Positions 1 through 14,326 of a stretch of DNA of 64,000 nt are shown here, piece by piece (the stretch's first letter is position 1; each line of letters begins with the position of its first letter). The position numbers and the translations under genes were made by a program. Under the pieces are notes generated by a model. That model saw only the letters and a program-made list of their open reading frames with translations. It was not told the origin of the DNA and did no database searches. The stretch comes from Takakia lepidozioides (taxonomy: Eukaryota; Plantae; Bryophyta): NCBI GenBank assembly GCA_030704615.1, contig CM060732.1, positions 25,978,001 to 26,042,000 on the forward strand. Reading direction: 5' to 3'.

Positions 1-201
1 CTGAATCCATAAACGAAGTGATATCACCAACACATTATAACCAGCCATCTGTCACACAAGTCCTGCTAAACCTTGTATCAATCGAGTAATTAATACGGAC
101 AGAGAACAAGATCAGGTGTAGCACCCAGTGTAGAAAACATTATGCTCGCTAAAATACTTACGTTTGTCCTAGTATAACTTCCAGGTTTGAGTATTTCTTA
201 C

Positions 202-3200
202 CCAAGATTTGAGTATTTCTTAGGTAGTAAGGACATGACCTTGTCCGTGAACTGCAACCAACAAAGCCCATACCAACCACGGCCATACATTTAGCACGGA
301 TAGAAGCTCCACTCTCTCCTTAAGACATATATTAAGCTTGATATGGCTGATTTGTACAAACACAGTTTTGCTGAAGATGCTCAGTGCACAATGGCTTCTC
401 AGAGATTCATGTATCTTCCCTACACAAACCCAACGAGAAATTGTAATGGTCCTTCCTGGTAGGCCATTTGACGATTCTACAAGGCATATCCTCCCAAACT
501 AGCCCTGTTGATCTGACACACCCAACCACTATTGCCACCGCACATGCTTTTTCTATTTGAGGTTACTACAGGTTAAACTGATGCTCTTAGTAGGACATAA
601 ACTTCAAACCTCCAACAAAAAATCAAATATTTACAACATGCAGGAAGCTAAGGCTCTTGGACTTGCTTCCCTATATATTTCTCCAGCATAAACATGTCAC
701 CATTGTCCACAATAACAATCCACAAGGTCTGGTCTGAACGCTGATAAACTGGTGTGGTTACTCAAGTACCTGAAGTACAGGGCGGTAAACAGCTGATGTG
801 AGATAAATTCCACGTTCCGGAAGAACAGCACTGGTACCATAACCTTCTTGTGAAACGGTTGAGTTCCGGCGGATGCGACCATGACGTAAGCTATCGCCAC
901 TTAGCCGGTCATTTGCTTCTACACCATCAAAAACTCATGAGAGTTGGAAAAAGACGAAATACAGGAATTTTTCTAAATCTGTACGTATGTACACAAGCTA
1001 GGCTGCAATTGGTGGACACACACACACTTGATAGGCAATGAATTCATCGAGACTCCAATTCAGGGTGAGGAATTGCCCTGCATCAATACACAGTAAGCCG
1101 CTATGACTTGAGAGCCATCCGTCCAACCATAGATTGTTGTGGGCCTTGGAATGGGATTGTTTGTACATCAGACACATCTAAGACCAATGGACTTTTGCCA
1201 TTTCTAGGGGAATGGCACAAATAGCGCAAACAACAAGTGTCCGTTCAGGACATAGCCAGGTACGTTAGTCTTGGCTATCTACTATGCAGTAGATCTCCCG
1301 TTGTTTACTGCCTTAGAACCAGGTACAGTAGCCTAGCATCTACAAGATAGGGGTTGAATAGCAAACCAGGTAAAGTGAGGACGGTGTCAGTGAAGCGGAA
1401 AGCGAACGACAATCCCTCCTCAGACCCTGTTTTCCTGCAAACACGTACCCTGTCAGTGGTCAACAAATCCCCACCTCTCTTCTGTGGACATAATGGAGTT
1501 TCTATTTGCAATTGCCCAGACCCGGCATCCAACCTGTGTTGGTAATTGCATGTACGTGGCTGTGCAAGTTACATTGAAGGCATATCTTGTGTGCATTTCT
1601 GACCCAACCTCTGCAAGCTGTTAAAAAAAGGGAATAGTTGTGGGGGAAGGAGAGGGAGGTGAGCAAACTTTGTGTCTGTGTCCCCCTCATCCTTTTTATT
1701 TGCTGCGTGACGCTTCCTGCATGGCACCAGAGAGAAGAGAGCAGGTGGGGAACGTGAGACCAACAGAGAGAGTGTGATCAGGTATAGTGGCATCCAACAA
1801 AAAATGCCATTGGATAGATGGGCTCCCCACCAGGCTAAACCAGCTCCAAAAGGTTCCCTGGAACTCTCCTACAAATGTCCTCTGATGCATATACTTTCTG
1901 TTGGGGTGTCTGAGCATGGGCAGTTTGCTAAACTAGCCACAAAAACTGCTTTTGATTCCTTTGAAAACACAGCCGGTGTCAATCACTGCACATTTAATTG
2001 AGGTCTCTGGTTCACTGAAATAGGCACTTCCTTCCTCTGACAAGCTGGAGAGTGATGAATGAGCCATGGAGATCTATGAGTCTGGATTAATCCATCAACT
2101 CCCCAGATGTGTTCTCTTTGACACATCCACACAAATGGTCAATGATAAGGTAAGCGCATACTTGGCATCATCAGGCGCTGTCTTGCTAGCAAGCCTGGCA
2201 GTTTGCACTGCAGCATCAGCAGAAGCAGCATCTGGAGTTGCACGCAATATGTCACAGATAAGCTGTTGGCATTCACTCTGCAAGCAACCCAGCAGAATGT
2301 TTTAGGCAAACAATATGGCACTCTGAAAATAAGTTCACATCACATTCCTGGGCTCAAACACAAGATGGAGTCCATCATGATGTGATTGACAATCAGACTA
2401 AAAGTTGCAGCAAACCTGTCTTCTGTGCCAGACCTATAAGACAAGGGCAAAGGACAAACCTGGATGACTGTTAGTGCAAATCCCAAGCTGTAGCCACCTG
2501 TCGAACGGCTGACATCTGCATCGCTGCTCCATGCAAGGTTACCATTGGGTGTTTGTGGGGAGTAGGCAGAACCAGTGTGTTCGTCCATGTTGGCCTTCCC
2601 TTCCATCATCTCCCCCACAATTACGTGGTTTTCTGCGGCCCTTGGCAAATGAAGCCCTCAGAATAATCATCCTTTTCAGTGGCAAGTTATATAACTTAAG
2701 TAATGAACTGCATCAAAATAAGTGCATAGTGACAAGAAAACAGAGAACAGGACAGGAATTGGAAGTAATGACAGACAAGGGTTGGCAGAAGAACCTGTCC
2801 TTGACTAAATTTTCACCATGAGCTGAAGGAGGTGTAAAGGGTGGTACCAAATACAATTGGCTTCATACAGCAAAGACTGATTCTTACCTTGAAGCCCGGT
2901 TAGTGCAATATACAAAATTGTGCCTATATGGTGCTCTATATCCTATAAAAAAAAATTCCTTTGTCTTCCAGTGGCCAAAAGATGAACAACTGGGCCAACA
3001 AAGATAACCTACCAAGGATTTGAGTGACCAAGTCTAGCACTGACTGCAGAAGCTCTTGAGCAGCGGTTTGAGCCTTTCCCATAGGTTCCAGGGAGGTTTC
3101 TACCGGTCCCAAAATCAACGAACTTCCACTTTTGCCATTCTTTTGCTTCACTGGTGAAACATACATCCCGATGCTGTTTGCTTTTAGAATCTTTGAAACT

Positions 3201-6200
3201 TGATCTACACGAGGCCTGGAAGCTTCAATGGCCGCAGCACGTGCTTTGATTTCTGATGTTATCATCTCATGCACTGTTGGCCTCAGCCTCTGACTGCGGG
3301 TACACACAATGAAACAGTATGAGGTAATGTGGTATTCTAGCAGAGAAACTAAAACTTAATGCCATATATGAGCTATTTCACCCTAGTACCTTATTGCTAT
3401 GCACGGCTGCCTATTTCTCCCAAAGGTTTTTGGCAACATAGAGATAAAATGATGAAATGATGTAAATATCCTCATAATGAATCCCTATGCATAAGATTCA
3501 AATGACTTCGAAATGACAATGCACTCCAGACGAGCATAATACACCTGATAATGACTCCTCCAGCAGCCACCTTGTTCAATAAAGCAAGACATTCCACCAT
3601 CGTTTGCAGATATTTTACACCTGAAGGAGCATCACTTTTCAATAGTGTCTCCTGCATAACATGTGGTGTGAGAAAGAGGGAAACATATGACTATCTCACA
3701 TTCAACCTCAAACACAGTTTTAGTAACCTCATGCGCCTTCACACTAGGTGTGATCCATTGTAACTGCATTGTTTGAAGATGGCTGAAAAAGATATGGCAG
3801 TCTCATTTGGCTTCAGGTCAATCTGACGCATAAAAGGCGATTTACGAAACAGACATCAGCTATAAATAACGGGTCATACACAGTGTGTAGAATATGCTAA
3901 TCTTTTTTCCTTTCCCCCAATCATGGGGATGACACCAGTATAAATGCTTTGGGCACTGGAACTTGCAACAAAAGCCAAAGCCTACAACAGAAGAGTTATC
4001 CAAGCAAGGGGCTATACCCACCGTGAACTCATTAGGAGTTGATTCAGCCAACCAGACAGGTGGGACACAGGGCGCTTTTCCACCCTCTTTGCTTGGAGCA
4101 TCTTCATTCCCATTTGCTGACCCTCGGTGGCCTTCAGAGGATGCCCCACCATAGTCACCTTCTCCATTTGTCATATTCTCACCATCAACTGTCGGTCTAT
4201 GGTCCCAAGACACATCCCAGGTCCCGTATACAGTCAATAATGCAAGACAGTAAAACACCATGAAACAAAATTGTGAAATAGTCCCATAAACAGCAGTAGG
4301 ACAATCCTTGATACTCAATGTCCAATCAAATTCAGTAGAAAACTCCACAACTCCGTATGGACGGTATAAAGTTTCTTCATTTCCCTCTCCACTGGGAACT
4401 TTCTTGTTCTCTGTTCAGCATGCATGCCCATCAAATGTCTGCAAGGATAATAGAATACAACTTACTCATCAACAGAACCAGCTCGCCGAGCCTCTAGCAC
4501 TTTATCTAGGCCAGACTTCCACATCTGGCGCATAGTGCGGGTACGCCGAGACATACTCGAATTCCCCGTAACAGGGACCACAGCTGGAGAAATGTTGGAG
4601 ATATCGTCATCCTTGTCATGTGTGGTTGCCAAGTTCACACTGCTCAAAAGCAACACAAAGGAACACGACTTTCACTACAACTATTACAAGACACTACAAT
4701 GAGGCACTCTCAGCTACTGCAGCAAGAGTACAGCGACCATTTGGCATCTCACATGTACTAGATGAACCAGAACCCCTCACTATCAACTCATAGGATTAAG
4801 TTAAGTTTCAGAGGTGATCTTGCATTTAATCCTGAGCAAATAGATTCACAAACCTGCATGATAGATTACACAGAGCTGACACATCACATGCATGAAGTAG
4901 AGGTCAGACCTGTATTCACCCTTATTATATAGATGAACATGCAGATCCTCAACAACTTTATAGAAAAGCACACCACGGAGCTTGGATAAGTCGGCACGTG
5001 CATCCTGAAGAGCCCCTACCTGCAGCAATAAACATTGTCAGAGACTGTTGAACTGTACATGGTGAAGGAACCCAAGGCTGAGCAGGTTGTCACATAAGTA
5101 AGCCTGTAGGGTCTTTTGTAAAGTATCACAATGTATCTATTGTGGATCTATCAGTCATATTAGATAGATGCCTAGATACTAATATGATTCCACCTAATGG
5201 ATTTGCAGAATAATCAGTTAGTCTTGGAGTGGGTGAAAAAGGGAAAGAAGGAACATGGCAACAGAACGGACACCAGATGGGAATGGATGCCAGATGATTC
5301 CTTCCACCAGGTTTATATATGTGCTGTTCAGGACCTGATAGAGAGAAAGGTGTACCTTACCCTTTCTCTTGGTATCATCTACAGCCGATTCCCATATCTG
5401 AGTGGACATTCAGTCAGTGCTCACACCATCATGATCACGGTTCCAACCACATGCGCACTGTCAGCACACCCTGGAAAGCCACTACAGGGTTTTCTTGTAC
5501 CTATTAATACTCAGGGTCTCATTGACAAAACACTGTGTGATATCATCTGAGTTTTGGACACCTTTAGGCAGTTTATCGTTATAAAGAATCTTCGCATGGC
5601 TTATGTGACTTGTCTACATTGAAGCATACACAACTTGCTGAGCATTGAGGTTCAGAAGTCCTGCAAAAAGTGCAGCGGAAAAGCTCGAACATCACGACCT
5701 AATTGAATCAATATAAGTTACGTGGGACGCCTTACAACTGCTCATGGATCTGAGACCTCAGTGACCATGAATCACCAGAATGCATCCATAAGAGTCAATA
5801 GAGTCTTCCAATGCCATCTTACAAATCACAACCCAAAACAAGAACTGGTAAAAACGCTGACAAAATTTATAATAAACAAGAGCAGTGACTGTCAGTGAAG
5901 TGCTAGTATGCTCTTTGCCATGGCAAATAGAAGAAAGGATCACCGCAAATCTTACAAAATTAGATTTGAAGCAACACTTTCTATAAATCCTGTGCACAAA
6001 ACCTAGAGGCACACTAGCTTCCTGTGTTCTGCCCAGTTTTTATAAAACATAGCCACTGGCCCTTGTATCTATCACCTGAACTTCAGTACTATATCCCTGG
6101 CTTGTCCCTAAGCTTTTCCTACTCATCCTGTGAGGCTGGATAATTTTGCCATGTTTGGTAGAACTTTAGTGAACTTGATCTTTTGATGTTGCAATCCATA

Positions 6201-9115
6201 TGAACATGATCAGACAACAATCGTGTCTCATTGCTAAGCATGTATCCTAGTCCAGGCTCATAACTCATGGTCGTATATAGCCACCTCAAAAACAGAGACA
6301 GCTACAACCAGGTCTCAGAATCCCTGAGAAATTCTAGTGCTGGATAATTTTCTGCTCACGTGAGCTGTAGTATGGCAGATGTTCCTTATAGCTACCTTCC
6401 ACTGCTTGCAGAAGGCTAATGCTACTGCTCTACCCTTTCTGTCCTTGAATAGCCCTCTTCAGGCAGAATATTTTTAGCCAAAAACCCATCCTACTCAATT
6501 TCTCATGGAGGATAGTACGACCATTCCAATGTCTGGGATAATTCCAACAGACTCACCATTGCAGCATTCAACATTACTCTTCAATGCGCAATTAGGTCTC
6601 TTCATGCTATTTGTGAGTACCTTGGAAGAGGCTAGCCAATTACAATTCATGGGCCTCAATAACACAGGCACCTCCCCCTCTCGTCTGTAGCCCAGCTCAA
6701 ACAATGAGAAGTCCACCTCTAACAATCAAGCTAAAAGCAGGCCCTATGAACAGATTTTGCAGAGGGGACAGACAAATAGACTGATCATTTGGATAAGGGA
6801 TTCAAACAAGCAATAACACCATAGTCAGATATTTCCGTTGGGACTCCCATTGTCAGCATGCATTGCAAGCAACGGGGGTAGTGGATGTGATTTGAATTGT
6901 TCGTCAAGATGACTGAATTGAATGTCGTCTCATGGATTGTGATGACCGCACAATGAAGGACAATCCAAACCTTCCAGCAAGTTCAACAAGAAGGCAAGAA
7001 GCTACAAAACAGAACACCTTCAAAAATGTGTGAGGCTAATAGGCCTGAAGGGAGCAGCACATCCATGCCAACATCAAGAACACTGATTGACCTTGTCTAA
7101 ATGTTGTATGTCTACGAAGTGTTGTCTGTAGGACATTGACCTACAAACCCCAATGTGCAGGGGATTTTCATAGATGGATTGACACGAGCAACCCGGATGA
7201 AGATCAACGACTTGCTGTGTGTGAGAGCTCCTCCAGAAGAATATTTTAGGGAGTCTACTTTGCAAGGGCTAGTCGACAACTGCAATCCAAAGCCTCCAAT
7301 CAATGATTGAAATTGCAGTGTGCAAGAAAAATACTCCGAAACACATCAGATGGGCATTCCAGTACTTACCGATTGGATACCTTCTCTGTCCAACATACTG
7401 ATGGACTGCAGGTGGAGCTGAACTGCTGCATAATAGCGCTTCTCAGCCACCAATTTCTCTATCCGGGCTGGCACCTGCCACATATTGTGCCCACTCTTAA
7501 AAAGGGTCTGCTGATTATAAGGCTAAGAGATGGGCTACGATAAGCATGCCCAGGTCAACAGAATCCACAAAAAGAACGAAGGATTCCCACTAGCACGCTC
7601 AGACAGTATACCCCTGTTACCAGTACACAAACAGAAATAGTGCACAATACAAGGGCAGACATTGAGAACACCGAAACCAAACGAGAGTCTTACTTGACGA
7701 TCAAAGTCTCTTTGGTCACATGCACTGTGGCTGTCAAGAAAAGATAAGCACAGACGGCAGCCTTCCCCAAAACCGTCTCTCTCTCCTCCCTATCCCTTAT
7801 ATTCCTGTCTTCATTCAAGTAGAACTGCAATGGTAGATGATAAAATGAGAAATGGGTAAAACCTGAGCAACTTTGTCAATTTGATCAAGCAACGAGATGA
7901 CATGGCGTAATGTGACAGAGCGGCACCATTGCTGATGTAGTTGCTTGTGGCGGGCCCCCAGCAGCTTGCGAGCCTCACCTAAATCCTCCTTCAACCCATT
8001 TATGCTCCCAGCAGACTCACTAAAGAGTCGCAATATCTGCCCAAAGACATTACATGGGAATGCCCAACCAGGGTTAGATTAGAATGTCTAGGTGAATAAT
8101 ATTTCAATCAGCCTATTAGGCACTGTAACCAATACAGACATAGCATGCCCACAAAGTGATATAAATGAACCACACTGTTCCAGAACCAACACATTCAAGT
8201 GCTCACGGAAGAAACCTGAATCAGTCACAGAGCGTCTGACAAAATCCCACTCCTGAATGTTCCCTACGCATGCCTAGCCTGAAGCAATGGTGCTTTGTTT
8301 TCCAAAAATCCAGCAAGAAATAACTTCTGAAGTGAAAAGCCTCTCATGCAAGTTAGTTATGTGAATACTTGCATCACTTGGTGAACTGTTGATAGTTTGA
8401 GGAACAAATCAATGCCAACAAACTGAAGGTCCCAGAAATCACCTCGATAGCTGTTAGTTCTAACTAACAGATGGCCCTTTGCCATTCACAAGATTGCATA
8501 CAAACCCTCCTTTTCGTATCTGTATCACTAAGTTTGTTGAATTCAACCATTTGGAAGCCTTCCCAAGAGTTTAGGACTATGATCTGCTGCAGGCTCTCTG
8601 TAAAGCCTCTCCCTTTTTAGAACAAGTGGAAAGGACAGTGCCAAATAATTCATTGTGCGGCCTCCAATCCGTTTCTGCTGTACTGCAATACTTGGAGAAC
8701 CCAACCTGAGATGATCTGCTAGGGTTCGCATAAGTGGCTTCCCAACGATGACTAAAGTAGGCCCAGATCCAATTCAGAGTACTTGCAAAACTTAAAGATA
8801 CTGTAGCAGTTTTAGCTTCAATTTCCAGTAAGCAGCTGCTTTCCACATTATATTTGTGACATTAAGCCTCCAAAATTCAAACTGACATTGGTAGCAGCAG
8901 ACCTGCGAATAGTTGTGGATGGCTTTGTTGAAGCCATTGTGATAAATCCGAACTACATCATCAACAAGTTCTTCTATTGCATCCCGCTGCTCCCGCAACC
9001 TCTCTAGAGCTTCTTCTGGATTGCGAGCAGTCAGAACTGCTACAACATGTGGCAGCGAGTCAAAACGAGGTTGCTTCCATGCCTCATCTATACTTTCAAG
9101 CTGTGCCTTCACAAC
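202..9115 (-). CDS. SEC8: Exocyst complex component SEC8, multi-exon; 3' part runs off the left edge, start codon not resolved
   Basis: GT-AG exons at about 8903-9115 (IDEAWKQPRFDSLPHVV...YHNGFNKAIHNYSQ), 7863-8036 (ILRLFSES...RSVTLRHVISLLDQI), 7370-7474, 4910-5019 (VGALQDARADLSKLRG), 4466-4642, 4022-4196, 3545-3651 (VKYLQTMVECL), 3013-3293, 2460-2632, 2162-2277 (SECQQLICDILRATPDAASADAAVQTARLA), 1367-1434, 770-918 and 202-261 match plant SEC8 in order with compatible phases. Confidence 0.95.
6750..7200 (+). pseudogene. Degenerate PPR-like fragment antisense within a SEC8 intron
   Basis: Broken translations such as SDISVGTPIVSMHCKQRG and NVVSWIVMTA resemble PLS-PPR motifs; many stops. Confidence 0.45.
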
Positions 9116-10844
9116 CTGCAAGTTCACAACGTAACATTAACCCTCGCCACAGTTTGCTCATCCCAACCCTGAGCTTAAGAAATTCAGGATAAAACCACAC
9201 CAGCAATTTAGTCTTTTGAAAATTAGGGTTTGATAGCTTCTAAACTCTTCACTCTGACTTCCAGAAAGCCCATTGACCAATGGAAGCAAGTAACATGAGA
9301 TAGATGAGAACCACAAACAGCACTCTGTCATCAACAATATATAGTGTCTCCCAACATTGTCACAGCAATTGGCTGCATGTCTAGCCACATTGGCATGAAC
9401 AGAAGCTCAAACGAAATTGAATCTTCCCCTGTAGTTGCACGTTACTCTCATACAAGGAAAAGGGCACCTGGGAGAGCAATAACTGGACAATGGTGAATAT
9501 TAAACAGTGATGCGCACATAAACAAAGAGACGTGACAAGGGAAAGTACGAGCTTGATCAAGTCTGGGGACAAGCTCGACCACGACTTGTCCTCCAGACTC
9601 AATAAAATGAAGCATAGGATGGTAACAAGAGAGAGACAGTAAGATGCTGGGAAAGAGACAAGCCTTAGGGTAGGGAGTAACACATACAATGAGACAGATC
9701 TAATAGCAGCGAGATCTGGTGTTGAAAGGGAGAGAAAAAACTTCACGATAAGCATGAGTGTCACACCTAAGGAATGCTTCTGTAGAAAAAATGTACATAG
9801 CATGAAAACAAGGTCATCCAGATTGCATATCTGAGAAAAAAGACGCCACAGTAAGGCAGCACACATACATTCCAATCAACTGCCCCAGCCGGATCCGCAG
9901 CCATGGTATTCCGTAACCATGCACCTCATTCTCTCATTCTTTCTTCCATCTGTTCAACACGAGGATCCTCCGCTCAGTCTCCTATATCCTTTCACTATCA
10001 ATACAGTGAGTGCCTCGACCTAAACTGACCATATCTCTCCCGCTTCTCGCCAAAGCCCTGATCAATCTCTGAAGCACACACAACTCAGCTGAATCCACCC
10101 GACCTAATAATGAAGCATCGCAGCCTACTATGATTGTGATGGAGCTGCGCAAAACCCCGAGCTAACAGTAACTTAGTGACCTGGACCTGTCCTCTCACAG
10201 CTTGTATTGTCAGACGCGATGGCACTTTGTCATTGGCTAAGCCTAGATTACCTCCAAGCGGGTTGTTCTTTCATATCCCGCAAATCAGCTACTTCCAGTT
10301 TTCCTGCAACTCACTGTAGGTATGCAGAATGTGGGTTACTTGATTAGTGTTGATGAGAGTGCAGAGTGTGGGTTGCTTGATTTCTTTGCCAGTGGAGAAA
10401 TTTTCGATAAACTATCGACAGTAGAATGACTTCGAAAGAACATGAGCTCAATTGACAGGACTTCGAAGAACTATGGTAGCCTAGAGAGTGACATGATAAC
10501 AATGAGGTAGGCAAGCTATCCAGAGCTGAAACAGTTGGATGTAGGTACTTTGAGAAACAGTACACAGGCGTTTGCTTCGTAGATATAATCTAGGATATAC
10601 AAAGGAATAAAAAGATCAAACAAGTCGAAGATGTTATGACTTACTATTGGAGATCATAGACAGTGTTCCGGCGTTTCACGATTAGTTTAATGTGAGGCAA
10701 TGATTGCCATAGAGAGACACAGAAAAGATCAAGCTACTCCACACATTTCTGCTTGCATTCAAGCATGTGAGACTACAAAGCAACAGACGATCCTGAAGTT
10801 TAAATGTACAAAACCACTCTATACCAGAAACAATGCAGGACAAG

Positions 10845-13800
10845 CTAGTGAAGCTTGTCGAGGAGCTTCCAGGGAGTTATGTTCCTGTTGCAGCCACCAT
10901 CAAGCTGGAGCTGCAAATGAGAGGGCAACCGTTGGTCTTGGTTTGATGGGTTGACAGCAAGATCCTGTGTCTTCATCTCACTGACCTCTTCTTCCCCAAA
11001 TGGCAGCATAATTTCCATAAGCTCGTCAGCACAGTCTTCAGCACCAGCATGTGAAGCTGGGACAGGCATAACCACAGGATCAATAACTGTGTGGGGCGCA
11101 CCAACTCGGTTCTTGGATGTTTTCACCTTCTTCCTTGATTTCAATCCTGTGCAACTCCCTCCATGCCTCTGCCGCTTAGCCAGTTCACAAACCTCCAAAC
11201 TTTGAGATCTGTCCTCTGCCACTACTGCACTAGACCCTGCTGCTGTGGTCTCTTCCCTAATCTCATGCTTGATATCGACCTCCCTGGTAGCAGCTACAAC
11301 ATCATTCTTCAGGATATCTTGCCTTTCAACTGATTCAGATGGCTTCAGTGGCATAGATTCACCACAACTTGCAGCAGATGCGAACTGTAGTTCCTCACCA
11401 CCCCAAGGCCCAGCTTCCTCCTTCCTTACTTCCAGACCCACACATCCTTCTCGAACATCCTTTGGAGTACCTGCATTCTCAGGCTCACAAGCTACAACTT
11501 CATCCATATTTCGGGACCTGTATGATCCCAATGGTTGAGCAGCCTCAGACTTCATCTCATCACTCCTAACTGAGAACTCCTGAACTTTCAGACTGGATTC
11601 CAGGATTGTTTTCATGCTATCCACCCTATTGATACCCCTGGTTGGGGCTGTTGACCCTGCATTGCTTTCAGAAACTAGTAACCTGCTGAGTTTTTCTTCT
11701 TTTTGTTGACCCACCTCGATTAGGACCTCCGTGATAACCTGGGTTGCTTGGTTCACTGAGTGTAGATGAGCTGTTACCCCCAATAGTAGATTCTTCAACA
11801 GAGGACTCAGCCAAAGCCTTCCTAGCCCCAGGTGCAGACACAATCCCTTGACAGCCAGAATCTACAGGGGAAACCGCAGGCAGCCTCAATAGATTGGACC
11901 CTTGGCAGGTGTGAGGATGGGATACTGATATGGTGCGTGCTGTGCGTGCTGGAGGTGGAGCACTGGCTCCTGCCACGCGTAACCCTCCATTAGTAGATGA
12001 GAGCGGAAGTCTAGCAATGGACCCAGGGTCACTAGCATTCCTCTGCACATACATACATACGGACACAGAGAAACATGCAATGCATGAATATACACACACA
12101 CAGGCAACAACAGTGATATCTTGATCTCCATTTGTGTCTGTTTATTTTGGGCTTCATGTACCTGTAACTGTCTGTCTGTCACTCTCCGAAAGTTTCAATC
12201 AAACATTTGATTATTCAAAATACAAGCACACACAGACATGCATGCAAATGGCAATCACCTCTCCCTCTGTCTGCACCACAAACTCTGGTAAGGTTGGCTC
12301 ATAGGTCAATGGTGTTGGCACCTCTTCATGATTTGGGAACTGCTGACGCAGTTGTGGCTGATACACATCATGCAGTGCATGGTTATGGGGAACCAAGCGA
12401 TGTGGTTGCAATCCCCAGAATCGAGCTTCTTTCCTAAAAAGCTCCACCAGTCTCTGGACCTGTGTCCACATTGCAGAAAATATTTACATGTCTACTCTGA
12501 AGGAAGCCCATACCTCGATCAGGACAAGTATGCCCAAGGGACACTACAATAGTAGCTCTGGAGGTAAAATATTCTCCTATTGTCATGTTGTACACTTCCT
12601 AGTAAGACCCAATACTATCATCTGTCGCCATCCAATCTTTGATGAAGTCTTGTTTGAACAACAACTGTATGTTCAGAATACTTCTAAGGATGTGGATCTC
12701 TTTGGTGTAAATTGGCACCTTCTTGAGCCCTTACCCTTGCTAAGGCCTGTATAGGTTTGCAGGGTAGCATTTGATCCAAAAGTCATTGCTGCAGACTCTT
12801 CATTGACTGCCACAAAGCCCTAGATTCCAATTAGAATTGCTGCTGCTGCTGCTGTCACCACTGGCATTAACAACCCTTTCTGGTCTAAGAGAAAAGGTGA
12901 ACAGGGGTCATCGAGGTCCAAGTGAGACTAAAAAAGAGTATACTGTGGTAAGGGAAATCTTCATCGCCATGACATTTATATGTGCAATCCCTGCGTCAAA
13001 GTCAGTTAGACTGCAGCTTGAGATTAAGAGCTCATAAGACCTACCTGAATCTCTGTCAGCTCATACTTGAACTTATATCTGTCAATGTAGTTCTCATGTA
13101 TGGCTTTCCTGAAGACATCTGCTCCCAAATTGGGACACTCCTCAACACACCGGATCTTCACCTGCGCAATTTACACCAAAAGAGATCCATTACACTCTTC
13201 TTCTTGATGAATCATGAAATCTGAGTGTGCCCAAGACAAACCATGCAAGCCTTCAGAGCTTTTGAATGTAAACTTTTGGTCACAATCAACTGCTGAATGC
13301 CACAAATGCCCTGAATATGATAACAATGTCATAATTTCACACCTCCGAAAGAAATTAGGCCGATCTGTTGCATAAAAGGCCATGCATGAAACAGACATCA
13401 GCTATTAAGAATTGTGTGTATAGAATATGCCCCTCTACATGGCTGAACCTATCTTGGTATGTAGCTGTTCTAGTTCTCACAGCCACTAACTTTGTATTTG
13501 AGAATATACAGCTAGTACAAGCACACCACATCTGTAGAAATCCTACTTTGAATGCATACTAATACGCATACACAGACTAAGTTGTGAAATGTACTAAAAC
13601 ACACATACTGCTACACAGATGCTGACAGGTAATGTGGAAAGGGAGACCTGAGCTGGGAATGAACCGAATTGATGGAAAGCACCCGGCACAATATTCATGC
13701 CTCCGTGTGACATTGCCTCAAAGATACCTGACATCTCTTTGACACCATAATTGAAAAGGAATAGGATTGAACCAGGGACAACTCGCAACACCTGGCATAG

Positions 13801-14326
13801 ACTCAAGAGAAACGAATAAATGGCAAACAAAAGTTTCTTCATGATATGTGAAGATTTGTTGTCAATGTTTGGAATCATTGTGAAATCGTACAGGCACCCT
13901 TTCATCTGCTTTTGCATGAAGCACAGTTGACAAGGCCAAACACATTACAAAAAAAAACTAGAGTTAAAGGAAAAGCTCCAACCCCTGGAGATGGTCGCAT
14001 GCGAACTGCAAAATTTGACAGCTGAGGTGGAAGAGACTTGAGTGGATGATGAACAATGGAAAACTTCTTGAAATGATTACCTGGCTTTTATTCTTGGCTG
14101 GCAGTCCAAACAGCTGCAGCCGCATGCACTCTTGATAAGTCTGAGTCGTGCATCCAAATATCATTCCTGCCAGAGGTGGATCATCAACCGGTTCCGGAAC
14201 ATATGGTTGCACCCGGGCGGTATAGACATCCGCAGGTGAATCCCTTATATGTAAACCGGTGGAATAGTTGTGTCCCCTAAAAGAGTCATAACGCCTCCTC
14301 TGGTTATATCCATGGGCATTGTCCAT
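10845..14326 (-). CDS. DCD (development and cell death / B2-like) domain protein with long low-complexity C-terminus
   Basis: Exons about 14081-14326 (LAGMIFGCTTQTYQECMRLQLFGLP), 13648-13791 (PGSILFLFNY...GIFEAMSHGGMNIVPGAF..SFPAQ), 13045-13161 (KFKYELTEIQ), 12259-12459 (VQRLVELFR), 11683-12042, 10845-11579; the 3' exon structure is less certain. Confidence 0.88.

Noticed and set aside
9381-9875. 164-aa hydrophobic ORF as a membrane protein
   Set aside because: Pyrimidine-rich, probably intronic sequence upstream of the first recognisable SEC8 exon; non-ATG start and no motif
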